Shown here in pieces: positions 52,465 to 63,868 of a DNA stretch of 63,868 nucleotides (position 1 is its first letter; each line of letters starts with the position of its first letter). The translations under genes were made by a program, and so were the position numbers. Location: assembly GCF_001194135.2 (NCBI RefSeq), contig NC_068981.1:64667874-64731741 (forward strand), written 5' to 3'. The notes below the pieces were generated by a model. The model saw only the letters and a program-made list of their open reading frames with translations. It was not told where the DNA came from and searched no databases. This DNA comes from Octopus bimaculoides (taxonomy: Eukaryota).

Positions 52465-52848
52465 AGGCGCAGTAGTGGCTGTGTGGTAAGTAGCTTCTGG
52501 GTTCATTCCCACTGCGTGGCACCTTGGGCAAGTGTCTTCTACTATAGCCTCAGGCCGACCAAAGCCTTGTGGGTGGATTTGGTAGACGGAAACTGAAAGA
52601 AGCCCGTCGTATATATGTATATATATATGTATGTGAGTGTATATGTTTGTGTGTCTGTGTTTCTCCCCCCAGCATCGCTTGACAACCGATGGTGGTGTGT
52701 TTACGTCCCCGTAACTTAGAGGTTCGGCAAAAAAGACCGATAGAATAAGTACTAGGCTTCCAAAGAATAAGTCCTGGGATCGATTTGCTCGACTAAAAGG
52801 CGGTGCTCCAGCATGGCCGCAGTCAAATGATTGAAACAAGTAAAAGAG
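52465..52848 (+). mobile_element. SINE family B, near-consensus copy (CORE-like ccttgggcaag domain)
   Basis: aggcgcagtagtggctgtgtggtaag...gcaccttgggcaagtgtcttctactatagcc...short TA/TG spacer...tgattgaaacaagtaaaagag. The motif accttgggcaagt is also found in the CORE domain of MIR-type SINEs. Confidence 0.96.
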
Positions 52849-53255
52849 CAATAGATAGGCTTCAAGTAAGACAACTTAAACGCCTTCGGCGGAGTATATT
52901 TCATGTGTTTTATTTCACAAAAGTTCGTTGCTTCTATTGTTTATGTTTTGTATGGTACAAATGTTAATTTTTTTTCTAGTGGAAGGTCCAGTATATAACT
53001 GATATTCTCTGTAGAGCGTTCAAAAGTATTTCAGGCAAATTCGACACGAGAGGTTTTTTTAACAGGGTCAAACAACGGCATAGATAGTAATTCGTTAGTT
53101 TCTGTAACGTATTGCGTGTGACGCCCCCAAACGTTTGTACTGCTGCATCGTACTGCCTACACTCACACTCAGATAGAATTTATATATAATTTATATATAT
53201 ATGTATATGTACGTGTGTGTGTTTATAGAAGGCACAATGAAAATGTAGTTTTGAA

Positions 53256-53499
53256 GTAAAGAATGAAAAGTTTTGAATGGTACAACAATGCAATAAAATG
53301 GACTATATACCTGTTGTAATTTAGTTATCTATAGTCCGATGATATTTCGGGATAGCAGAGACTCCATCGAAGAATATCTGAAGAAGGAATTGTATTCCGA
53401 AATATCATCGGACTATAGATAACTAAATTACAACAGGTATATAGTCAATTTTTATATTATAGTGCATTGTTGTACCATTCAAAACTTTTCATTCTTTAC
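53256..53499. repeat. Long inverted repeat: 37-bp and 50-bp perfect arm segments around a 46-nt loop
   Basis: 53256-53292 pairs with 53463-53499 (37/37) and 53301-53350 pairs with 53397-53446 (50/50). The loop is 53351-53396. Confidence 0.97.
53378..53406 (+). ncRNA. Minimal hammerhead-ribozyme-like motif (putative)
   Basis: CTGAAGA-A-GGAAT-tgt-ATTCC-GAA-ATAT-C: a CUGANGA core, a perfect 5-bp helix II, GAAA, a palindromic ATAT helix III and an AUC triplet. Helix I is only 2 bp, so activity is unproven. Confidence 0.5.
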
Positions 53500-53945
53500 A
53501 AACAATACACAATGCTTCAAGCGAACTACAATACTCTCCGTAGTTTTGAAGGTTTGACAAGACTGAAAGCTATGGCTTCCATGCACTCCCAAAATCCATT
53601 TGCAAATTGATGAAAATGAAGCAACTCTGTGCATCAAGACTGTAACTGAAAGACATGTGTCTGTGCGGAGAGGTAAAGGCGGAAGATATTGAAGATGTTT
53701 TAGAAGATATCGAACAGGAATGAAATCAGTTTGATAGAGAAATGAGAATTAGTGAAATAACCGAAGGACACGCTCTGCATGAAGACAAGCAGACAAGTCA
53801 TTAGTGGTGTAAGCCAAAGGATCTTAATAGATTAAAATTACACTTGTGGTGATGAGAAACAATCTTTAACTTAATGATCAACTTTGGTCACGAATTTTTA
53901 ATGAGTTAGGATAAAATAAAAATGTTATGTGACCAATGAGGTGAC

Positions 53946-54475
<530 letters not shown>

Positions 54476-55334
54476 ATATACGTTGATAATCTCCCTACTG
54501 AGATAACCTCAACTATATTCAATTAATTTTAATTTAGTAAAATTTTTGGTTGTCTCTCCAGCATTTCATGAGAACTGGTTATAAAGCTATAGTGGATTAC
54601 TGAATTTGGCAAAATTTAATTTTCAAATAGATGCAAAAGTCTGTTTTTAGTATTAGTATTGCTCTAAAGATAAAGATCTAATTTATATGTTTAGACAAAT
54701 AAAATATGATTAACTAAATGCTGGCCCTGGGGATGTACGAAGTTATATTTTCGAAGTATGTGACAACAGTGGTCAAAGGGTTCTAGCGTTTTGAGTTGAT
54801 GGTCCTACCTGAATATATTTGATGTTGTTTGCTTCCAAATGTTGATCTGCTATTTTATTTAGAATTATTTTTTTAATTTCAATGTGCTGTGTTTATGATA
54901 ATAGGATAAACACATTAACATCAGATTATCTTCGATGTAATTCAAAAGTGCTTATTAACAAAACGCCATCAAATATATGACAAAAATATATAGAACAAAA
55001 TATCATCAAACTTCACATAATTTTTCCTTTTTTTTTCTTTTTGTCACTAACTGACGAAGAAGTGTCTATGGTGTTTGCAAGCTCTCCTAGACCGCTAAGA
55101 CTGATGCCACTGTTGTATCTCATAAACAATGATAAGTCAATACCTACAAGGAAGATATGAGCAGAGTGGAAATTCCAAAGAACCGATGTTCTGAAAAAGG
55201 ACTGGACGTAGTGATTATTGCAGGACCTGGATTACTAAACATAATGAAATTGGTGAGTGAAAGAAAGACGAGTGGGATAGTAATACTTGGAGGGAGGTGG
55301 CGTGAGCTCAACTAGTCCGAGAAGTAGAGGCCAT

Positions 55335-55403
55335 TAGAAAAAGGCAGTAGAAAAAAGGCAGTAGAAAAAAGGCAGTAGAAAAAAGGCAGTAGAAAAAAGG
55401 CAG
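55335..55403. repeat. 14-bp tandem repeat (tagaaaaaaggcag) x5
   Basis: The first unit is 13 bp and the next four are identical 14-bp units. Confidence 0.97.
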
Positions 55404-56206
55404 ACGGGGTGGGGAGTGCACTTGTGGTTGTTACGTGTTTGTACGTGAATTATAAAGCAAGCTCAAATCACCAGTCAAAATTTTAAAACGTGAAATTATT
55501 AAAAGCATCAAATGAAACTGTTACAAACTTGTTAGGTGCCGTTTCCTTTGAGTAAACCTGTGCAAATCTAATAACACAGAAAGACAATAGGTGTGGTGAC
55601 GAGTCTGGTGCCGCTTCTCTTTGTATTTTAGAATTCAAGGAAGAAGGACAACGTGATATCTTCCCGAAAGAATTAAGTGACGAAAATGACATCCCTTTCA
55701 AAGTGCTAATCAGTAAAGACACGTTGTGGATTTTTCTTCAACAGAAATCTCAACAGAAGATATCATTTAAGAAAACATACGACGTACAAGCGACATACAC
55801 TTTTTATCTGGGTAGGTATTTGTTGTACTGAATAACAGCGAAAATCTAGAGGAGTATCTTCTTCAAATCCACTAATGCTCTTTTATATGGCACCAACTCT
55901 TGCAACAAATCACATCTTTTGGTATTCATTATGGAAACTAGTCCAACTATAGAAAATAAGGACTTACTATTCAGTTCATTATTATTAATGGCGACGTATC
56001 TTGCCTTTTTTCTATCCTTTCATCTTAAGTCTGAGGAACGACAATTCCTCTTTACTTTTTTCTGTCGGTTTTTCCAAATAACACAATCCTTGCCGAAGTA
56101 ATGTACCAACAGACTCCTTGAATATCTTTAACCTTACTCTAAACACACACGTACATACACGCACACATATACATACATATACACACGCATACACGCACAT
56201 ACACAT

Positions 56207-56440
56207 AAGGCGGCGAGCTGGCAGAAACGTTAGCACGCCGGGCGAAATGCTTAGCGGTATTTCGTCTGCCGCTACGTTCTGAGTTCAAATTTCGCCGAGG
56301 TCGACTTTGCCTTTCATCCTTTCGGGGCCGATTAAATAACTACCAGTTACGCACTGGAATCGATATAATCGACTTAATCCGTTTGTCTGTCCTTGTTTGT
56401 CCCCTCTGTGTGTAGCCCCTTGTGGGTAGTAAAGAAATAA
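56207..56440 (+). mobile_element. SINE family A, near-consensus copy, tail type i, inserted in a CA/TA tract
   Basis: aaggcggcgagctggcagaaacgttagcacgccgggcgaaatgcttagcggtatttcgtctgccgctacgttctgagttcaaatt...gccccttgtgggtagtaaagaaataa. Confidence 0.96.
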
Positions 56441-57405
56441 CACACACATACATACACATGTTACATAACCTGTGCGTATGTGTAACACGTTTTAACATAC
56501 ATTAACATATATGCGTGTGTAAAGCAGAGATAGTATAACCACAGACATATATACACTGAATTAAGGGAAAAAGGAGTGGGGCAGTGTATCGAGGATCTTA
56601 CCTTGTCAGTAATGTAAAATAAGTATGGTGTGGAGTAAAATGAAATGAAAATTGAGTTTCATTGTTTTATCTCTTGTTCTAATCCAATGGTTTTCAACAA
56701 CCAAGAAACATGTCGAAGTGCTTTAGTACGTCAACTATTTTAAAATCGACCAATCAGAATAAGTGAAAGAAAATCACTGCGTTCGTACCACGGCAACCAA
56801 TCAATGTACATATGTAGCTTGCCGTTGTCGGTGAGCTAGTTTAAAGAGAGTGAGAAAAACTAGACAGACAAACAACAAGAGAATCTGATTATAAGGCGAA
56901 AGGGAGAGGAAGGGAGAGGGGGAGAGGGATAAAAAAAGACAGACAGAGAGAGAATGGGAGAGTAGAGAGAAGGAGACTAGAAGTGTTGTCAATTATGCCG
57001 TTCAAAAGGAAATTAGTTGGGTTTTCTCGCATAAAAAAAAATGATAATCAATTTACGATGTGGTTCATATTTTTTGACTTGGCCTTTCACGAGCACTTTA
57101 TTACTAGGCACTTGCGCAGCGTGCAAACGAGAAGAATTACTCTTGCATCTACTTCATTGAATGTACACATTGCATAGAGGAGGCACCACACAGATACGTG
57201 CACACAACAATACGCATATACATGACACGAGTATGCTGCACATACAATTAAATACATATGTTACGCGCGCGTGTGTGTGTGAGAGAGAGAGCGTACGTAT
57301 GTATATGTGCGTGCATGTGTATGTGTGTGCATTTTTGATGATGGATGATGGATTAAGTTTCAAATGAACTACAACGCAAAAAATATTCAATGAACACATA
57401 CGCGT

Positions 57406-57477
<72 letters not shown>

Positions 57478-58675
57478 TCATACATCTAGGTTCTCATAGG
57501 AGCAAGGACACATCATGAGATATTTGGTCACTGTTATGTATCCAAATAATGAAAAAAACAATGGCATCCAGTGCAATCGAAATACTTTCGACGAAACCAT
57601 AATCGTTACGTTCCTTCATTTTCACTTCCCTTACGTATCTACTACTTTGTGTTGATATTCATGTGATAAATTAGTACTTATGAATAAGAATTACCTACTT
57701 ACTGAACTACTGATATACATACACAAGTGTTTTTTTTATACATACAAGCATACAATCGTGCTTGTGTGTGTGTATCTGTGTAGGTATTTATGTATGAATG
57801 AATAAGAGAATAAATGAATGAACGTGCAAACAATTCTACTCTAAAACATTAACTGAGTACACATTAGCTCGTTTATTGCTACACACACATATACATATAA
57901 ACTTACACTCATACACACAAATATATATATACACACAGCTATGTATATATATATATACACATATATAAATATAGACACCTAGCTACACATATACACATAC
58001 TCAACAAATCAAAAACAAAATCATATCCAAGAAACAGCAAAAGTTCAAGGGATATTCACGGCTGATATTGTTAGGATTGTTCATTTTATTATTAGTTTCT
58101 TTTGCAAAATCGCTAAGTGACAGAAACATAAACAGTCCACGACCAGTTGTCAAGCTTTGGTGAGGGACCTGCAAGCCAGAGAAGAGCATGAACCAAATTT
58201 AAATTTATTATTAACAGTAAATTTTATTCAAATTCGAAAAATGTTTTCTAATAACATCGTTTATGGCTCAGGTTACAGCTACATGAATTGTACATTTTGA
58301 TATCAAACGAAAGCATAGTGTAAAAGCATCTGCATAAAAAAGGATCGAGAAATAGCGAATAAATAAATGAGATCCTGCGAAATATGTGTAATTTCGTTAA
58401 CCGTGATCAGTAGCATCTCCTCTGACATGCAAAAGAGAGGATATAAAAAATAATTATTACGTTCTTATTGTTGCACGATGTGTGTGGGCGTGCGTGGGTG
58501 AGTGTGTGGAGTGGAGTGATAATGTGTGTGTTTGTATTTGTGTGTGTATGTGTGTTTTACTCAGGTAATGGGCCATACAGATATAGCTTTAAATGGACTC
58601 TTCGCCGATCTTAATTGCAGAGAGGAAAACCCCGACAACAGAGTTCCCCAATATCGATCTGAACCGGAAGCTTGA

Positions 58676-58729
58676 TATATTAGGTACTTATGATAAAGAT
58701 GGTATATTAGGTACTTATGATAAAGATGG
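58676..58729. repeat. Perfect 27-bp tandem duplication
   Basis: tatattaggtacttatgataaagatgg occurs at 58676-58702 and 58703-58729. Confidence 0.97.
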
Positions 58730-58999
58730 TAGAAGTCGTAAAACTGATGGCCAAAAATCATAGCAGAAATAATTATGAAGCGAAGTAATTACATTAACTA
58801 TGCTACTCATCCAAATAAGCTTGCAGTAGAGGAAATACGATCAACAGAAATAAGACACATTCTCCTAATACCGGAACGATAGTAAACGTTATAACTATTC
58901 ATGATTTTCTTCAGTAATATTTCTTTCAATTTCTAGCACAAGGCCAGAGGGTTCGGCGTATGGGATATGTCGATTACACCGACCTTGGTAGGTAAAGGT

Positions 59000-59221
59000 T
59001 ACCTTCTGTAGTCATGACGACTCATAACGGCCGGTTTCCCGGTTCCATGGCATATAAATTCCTCACCTGGACGGGACGCCGATCCTTCGCAGAATCACTT
59101 ATTTTTGCCAGCTGAATAGGCTGAAGAAACGTAAAGTGAAGTGTTTTGCTTAAGAACACAAAGCGTTGCCCAGTACAAGAAGCGAAACAACAATCTTACA
59201 GTCATGATTCCAACACCCTTA
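59000..59221 (-). mobile_element. SINE family C copy; its head is abutted by a hAT-like end starting at 59224
   Basis: ccggtttcccggttccatggc...ggacgggacgcc...aagaacacaaagcg...catgattccaacaccct, then cagcgtttctcaag (a Charlie-like terminus). Confidence 0.85.
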
Positions 59222-59427
59222 TCCAGCGTTTCTCAAGTGAGGTTCCTCGAAGTCCTACAGTTCCGCAAAGTGTTCCTAGGGATTCCACGAGAAAGTGTGA
59301 GATAAGCTAATGCTAATTTCATGATGGTAATATTACTATGCATGCACAACATAATATTGGTTATTGTAATATTGTAATATAGACATCATCGTAGATAACC
59401 TATTATGTTATCAAAAAATATAACAAC

Positions 59428-59489
<62 letters not shown>

Positions 59490-60078
59490 NNNNNNNNNNN
59501 NNNNNNNNNNNNNNNNNNNNNNNNNNNNNNNNNNNNNNNNNNNNNNNNNNNNNNNNNNNNNNNNNNNNNNNNNNNNNNNNNNNNNNNNNNNNNNNNNNNN
59601 NNNNNNNNNNNNNNNNNNNNNNNNNNNNNNNNNNNNNNNNNNNNNNNNNNNNNNNNNNNNNNNNNNNNNNNNNNNNNNNNNNNNNNNNNNNNNNNNNNNN
59701 NNNNNNNNNNNNNNNNNNNNNNNNNNNNNNNNNNNNNNNNNNNNNNNNNNNNNNNNNNNNNNNNNNNNNNNNNNNNNNNNNNNNNNNNNNNNNNNNNNNN
59801 NNNNNNNNNNNNNNNNNNNNNNNNNNNNNNNNNNNNNNNNNNNNNNNNNNNNNNNNNNNNNNNNNNNNNNNNNNNNNNNNNNNNNNNNNNNNNNNNNNNN
59901 NNNNNNNNNNNNNNNNNNNNNNNNNNNNNNNNNNNNNNNNNNNNNNNNNNNNNNNNNNNNNNNNNNNNNNNNNNNNNNNNNNNNNNNNNNNNNNNNNNNN
60001 NNNNNNNNNNNNNNNNNNNNNNNNNNNNNNNNNNNNNNNNNNNNNNNNNNNNNNNNNNNNNNNNNNNNNNNNNNNNNN

Positions 60079-60377
60079 TATTCTACTGGTCTCTTTTGCC
60101 GAACCCCTAAGTTACGGGGACGTAAACACACCAACACCGGTTGCCAAGTGGTGATGGGGAACAAAGACAAAGACACATACACATAAATACACACACACAC
60201 ACAAATATATATATATACACGATGGGTTTCTTTCAGGTTCCGCCTACTAAACCCACTCACAAGGCTTTGGTCGGCCCGAGGCAATAGTCGAAGACAGCTG
60301 CCCGAGGTGCCACGCACTAGGACTAAACCTGGAACCATGTGCTTGGGAAGCAAGCTTCTTACCACACAGCCACGCCT
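60079..60377 (-). mobile_element. SINE family B copy, 3' end lost in a gap
   Basis: ccgaacccctaagttacggggacgtaaacacacc...ttggtcggcccgaggc...accacacagccacgcct. Confidence 0.92.
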
Positions 60378-61067
60378 GAACCTAGTTGGTTGTAATCTAG
60401 GCAAAAGGCTCGAAATTTTGAGGGTTTGCTTGCTTACGTTGATCCAGATTACTTGATTGGTGCTTATTTTACCGCTGCCTGTGGGATGAGGTTCAAGGTT
60501 AACTGAAATTTAATTTGAATAATGCACCTGACCAGAGCCAACATGCAAACTTGTATTCCCACTGAAATTCGGAATATGAACACTATACCACAACAGGGAA
60601 TGACGACTACGGCTACGGCGTCTGAGCTATTCGACGTGCCTGCTCTCCCAATAGAGCATTAGTCAAATATGTGAACTGGACTTTCGGGTCACAGGCGGAA
60701 GTACTACTTTGCCTGACAGCCTCCGACTACGGCTGACCATTGGATGTGGTCAGTGTTCGTGAGAGACGTGTAAACACGTTAGTAGGAGCCCACCACGAGG
60801 GAAAGTAGTACAACATTTGAATTCTGCACGTAAAGAACGGGTCTTATAACGCAAAGAATTTTCCCGAACCTCTATCGATTCTGCTATCTCACCAAAGATC
60901 TAATAAGAGTATAACCATACAATATTAATGACCGCATCATTAGTGATAGAATTAGTGTTATAATTCTATAATATTAATAATCCCTTTATGTAAAGTCTAG
61001 CCAAAGTTTCTCGACATCATTTCCTGATAAATGTCTCAGACAGATTTCCTAAGTATACGTTATATAG

Positions 61068-61143
<76 letters not shown>

Positions 61144-61144
61144 A

Positions 61145-61470
61145 TAACTGGTCTTGATTATTAGGATTGATACTACCGTGAGGGCTATATCATTTGCACG
61201 TGGAGAATATACCACCCGGATTGCCCAAACTGCTTTAAGCATCAAGTTTACCATTCATTTCAGCCTGGTATCCTTTGCCATACTATCCCCGACTCCTACA
61301 AAAATCAGGCGCATGACAACACAATTACCTGACTCAACAGACCCTGCCTGCTGTATTTACTATTGTCTGAGAACAACTCAAAGATCTCTTTGAGTTGTTC
61401 TCAGACAAACCGCAAATAATCTGGATAAATTTCTTACAGAGATACCAGACAAACCGCAAAACTTGACTTT
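61145..61470 (+). mobile_element. CR1-type LINE ORF2 3' terminal relic
   Basis: NLDKFLTEIPDKP (61418-61456) matches the CR1 C-terminal LDxFLxxIPDxP motif. The upstream part aligns weakly. Confidence 0.65.
61363..61408. repeat. Perfect palindrome with 22-bp arms and a 2-nt spacer
   Basis: ttgtctgagaacaactcaaaga-tc-tctttgagttgttctcagacaa. Confidence 0.98.
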
Positions 61471-62589
61471 AAAAATTACTTCACGGATTCTATTAGGTAG
61501 TGCTTGTTAATTTAGGCTATTCCGAGGCCAATATCGAAGTGATCCAAGCCATAAAATATCTGTGTATGTGTGTTAATATATATAGAGAGAGAGAAGAAAA
61601 AGAAGAGTAAGTGCATGTGTGTTCGCACGCACGTGTGTGTATGTGTGTTACGTGTGTGTTGTGTGTATGTCATCGAGTTACGTGAGAGTACGGAAGATTT
61701 TATTTGAACAGAGACAAAGCTAAACAGATAGGTAGAAAGAGAGAGTGGGAGAGAGAGAGCGGGAGACAGACAGACAGACAGATAGAAACAAAGAAAGAAA
61801 TTTAAAAGAGAACAAAATAATTCGAAAATGAAGGAAGAACTCTCAATTGATAAAGAGCAGCTGATAGAAACAGAAAAGAAGTGGAAGGTGACAGCGATAA
61901 AAAAAAAATGATAAAATATGAAAATGATTGAAAGCAGACGACAAAGGACAGAGAAAACTAACGAATTAGAGAGAATGGAGGGTGAATAGTATATGTGTAT
62001 TTGGATAATGAGTGTGAAGAGTGGGTGAGAGTTTTGATAAAAGCTGCGACAATGACAGAAACAATGATAATTGTTTGCTTTAGAAAAGCCATTCTTAATG
62101 TCGATTGAGTTTTGAGAGAAATATCAGCAGAGGGACAAATGATACCAAATGACATCGTTATGTGACTCAACAAAGATGGATCAGATTTGTGTATGGAAAT
62201 GCTTGTGATGCGTTCACTTGCTCTCCCTNNNNNNNNNNGAGCAGCACGTGCTTTGTCCCTTTGTTAATCATTGTTTCATATACCCTTTTTGCTCCGTCCA
62301 TTTTTTCTACTCTCTGTCTCTGCCTCTCTCTCTATCTCTTGTTGTCCTTTTTGTCCTTTTCCTTTAAATTTTTGTTGATTTCGAAATTGTTGTCGTTGTT
62401 GCCGAAGGATCGATAGAGCGTCGGGAAAATAGCATCGCTCTTCGATCAAAGTTTAAATCCAGCCGAGGCCAACACATATTTTTCATTTTTGGAGATGTAA
62501 TAAAATAAAAGACTAATCAGGTACTTGAGGTTGATATATTCGACCGTTCACCTTCCCAAAGTTTCTAGCTTTGTGCCTGTCCAGAGATC

Positions 62590-62812
62590 CTTTCCGAATC
62601 GTATACATTCATAAGGCCAGCTCCCTGGTTTCCGTGGCGTATATATTCCCTGCTGGACGGGATGCCGGTCCATCGCGCGATTACTCGTTTTTGATAGCTG
62701 AGTGGGCTGGAGTAACGTGAATTGTCAGTTTTTGCTGAAGAACACAACGCGTTGCCCAGTCCAGGAATCGAAACCACACTCTTACGATCATGATTCCAAC
62801 GCCCTAATAACT
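62590..62812 (-). mobile_element. SINE family C copy
   Basis: ctggtttccgtggcgtatatattcccctgctggacgggatgccggtccatcgc...gaagaacacaacgcgttgcccagtccaggaatcgaaacc...atcatgattccaacgccctaa. Confidence 0.9.
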
Positions 62813-63064
62813 ACGTGACGACGTAAGATATAATTAATAGGGTGATGGAATAGCATAATCGGTAAGGTATCAGATAAAATTACTTACGGTATGTTCCCAG
62901 TTTTTTACGTGTCAAGTTCAAATCCAGCCGAGGTCTATTTTGCTTTCTTTTTTGTACTGGGTCAATAAAATAAAATAACCAGTCTAGCATGTAACGATAA
63001 AGATGTAATAAATGTACTAACGAAAATCTGAGGTTATGTACATATGTGTGCGTATGTGTGTGCA

Positions 63065-63112
<48 letters not shown>

Positions 63113-63364
63113 CACATACACACACTGACATATATATATATATAATACAAGAAAAGGTCGACTGTGAACTCGAAGTCTCACCGGTAATTAGATTGTCTCA
63201 CAACACCATCGCTTGGTGTAACTTCGATGTTAAAGCCAACCTTTCTTTTGTAAAAATTAATATGTGGCTTTATTTAAATATTCTTAGTGATCCCTCAATT
63301 AATGTTCGACTATTGTTTTATGTATAACTATAACTAAATTAAGTCAAACATTAATACATATGTG

Positions 63365-63441
<77 letters not shown>

Positions 63442-63634
63442 TTATATGCATCTGTGTGCGTGCCAGATTGTTTGAACTCGTATTTATCTACACTTTCGGT
63501 CCTCGAATAAAAATTAACCTACTTCTAAGAAAATCCCTTCAGATCCGTAACACTACGAATGAAAAGCCCATTTTCAGAGCAAATATGTGTGTTTGTGTAT
63601 GTATACAGAGAGGTGTACAGAAAAGCAAAGAGAC

Positions 63635-63687
<53 letters not shown>

Positions 63688-63749
63688 CTGACAGAGAGAC
63701 AGAAATGTGTCTCTAGGATATGTATTTGTGCGTATAACTGTTGTGTGTG

Positions 63750-63812
<63 letters not shown>

Positions 63813-63868
63813 ATATAAATATATGTATGTATTTATACATATAACTGTGAGTATACATATTATATATA

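Noticed and set aside
55480-56000. Possible piggyBac-like transposase relic on the minus strand (also an acidic stretch at 53640-53900)
   Set aside because: Only scattered two- to four-residue resemblances across many frameshifts, which cannot be supported without an HMM search.
58040-58165. Signal-peptide-like frame RLILLGLFILLLVSFAKS followed by a GTGAGG donor
   Set aside because: There is no in-frame ATG or good acceptor, and T-rich DNA readily encodes hydrophobic runs by chance.
60540-60900. Possible Gypsy gag relic (RKYYF..VRD..LI.R)
   Set aside because: The motif similarity is too weak, and no LTR, PBS or pol fragment is nearby.

Overview
AT-rich, microsatellite-saturated eukaryotic DNA from a gapped scaffold (about 19 N-runs). 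The repeat complement looks like a coleoid cephalopod, most likely Octopus; this is an inference from the SINE families and simple-repeat density. I find no recognisable host protein-coding gene, rRNA, true tRNA gene or CRISPR array, and almost all ORFs in the track are translations of microsatellites or N-gaps. The window contains: (1) at least three tRNA-headed SINE families, here called A, B and C, in over 25 full or partial copies, several as closely spaced inverted pairs; (2) decayed retroelements (two CR1-type LINE pieces, a Tx1/L1-type RT, a Penelope-like RT-linker/GIY-YIG piece); (3) decayed DNA transposons (maT/DD37D-like Tc1-mariner, a mariner deletion derivative, a hAT/Buster-type MITE with TSD, a two-copy long-TIR MITE family, a Helitron-like tandem dimer); (4) unusual local structures. 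The best of these is a 244-bp near-perfect inverted repeat at 53256-53499 whose loop and right arm carry a minimal hammerhead-ribozyme-like core. Others are a nested higher-order minisatellite, a perfect 22-bp-arm palindrome with a templated direct repeat, a phased TTTATGG array and a candidate 21-nt micro-exon. Family names and activities need database or experimental confirmation.
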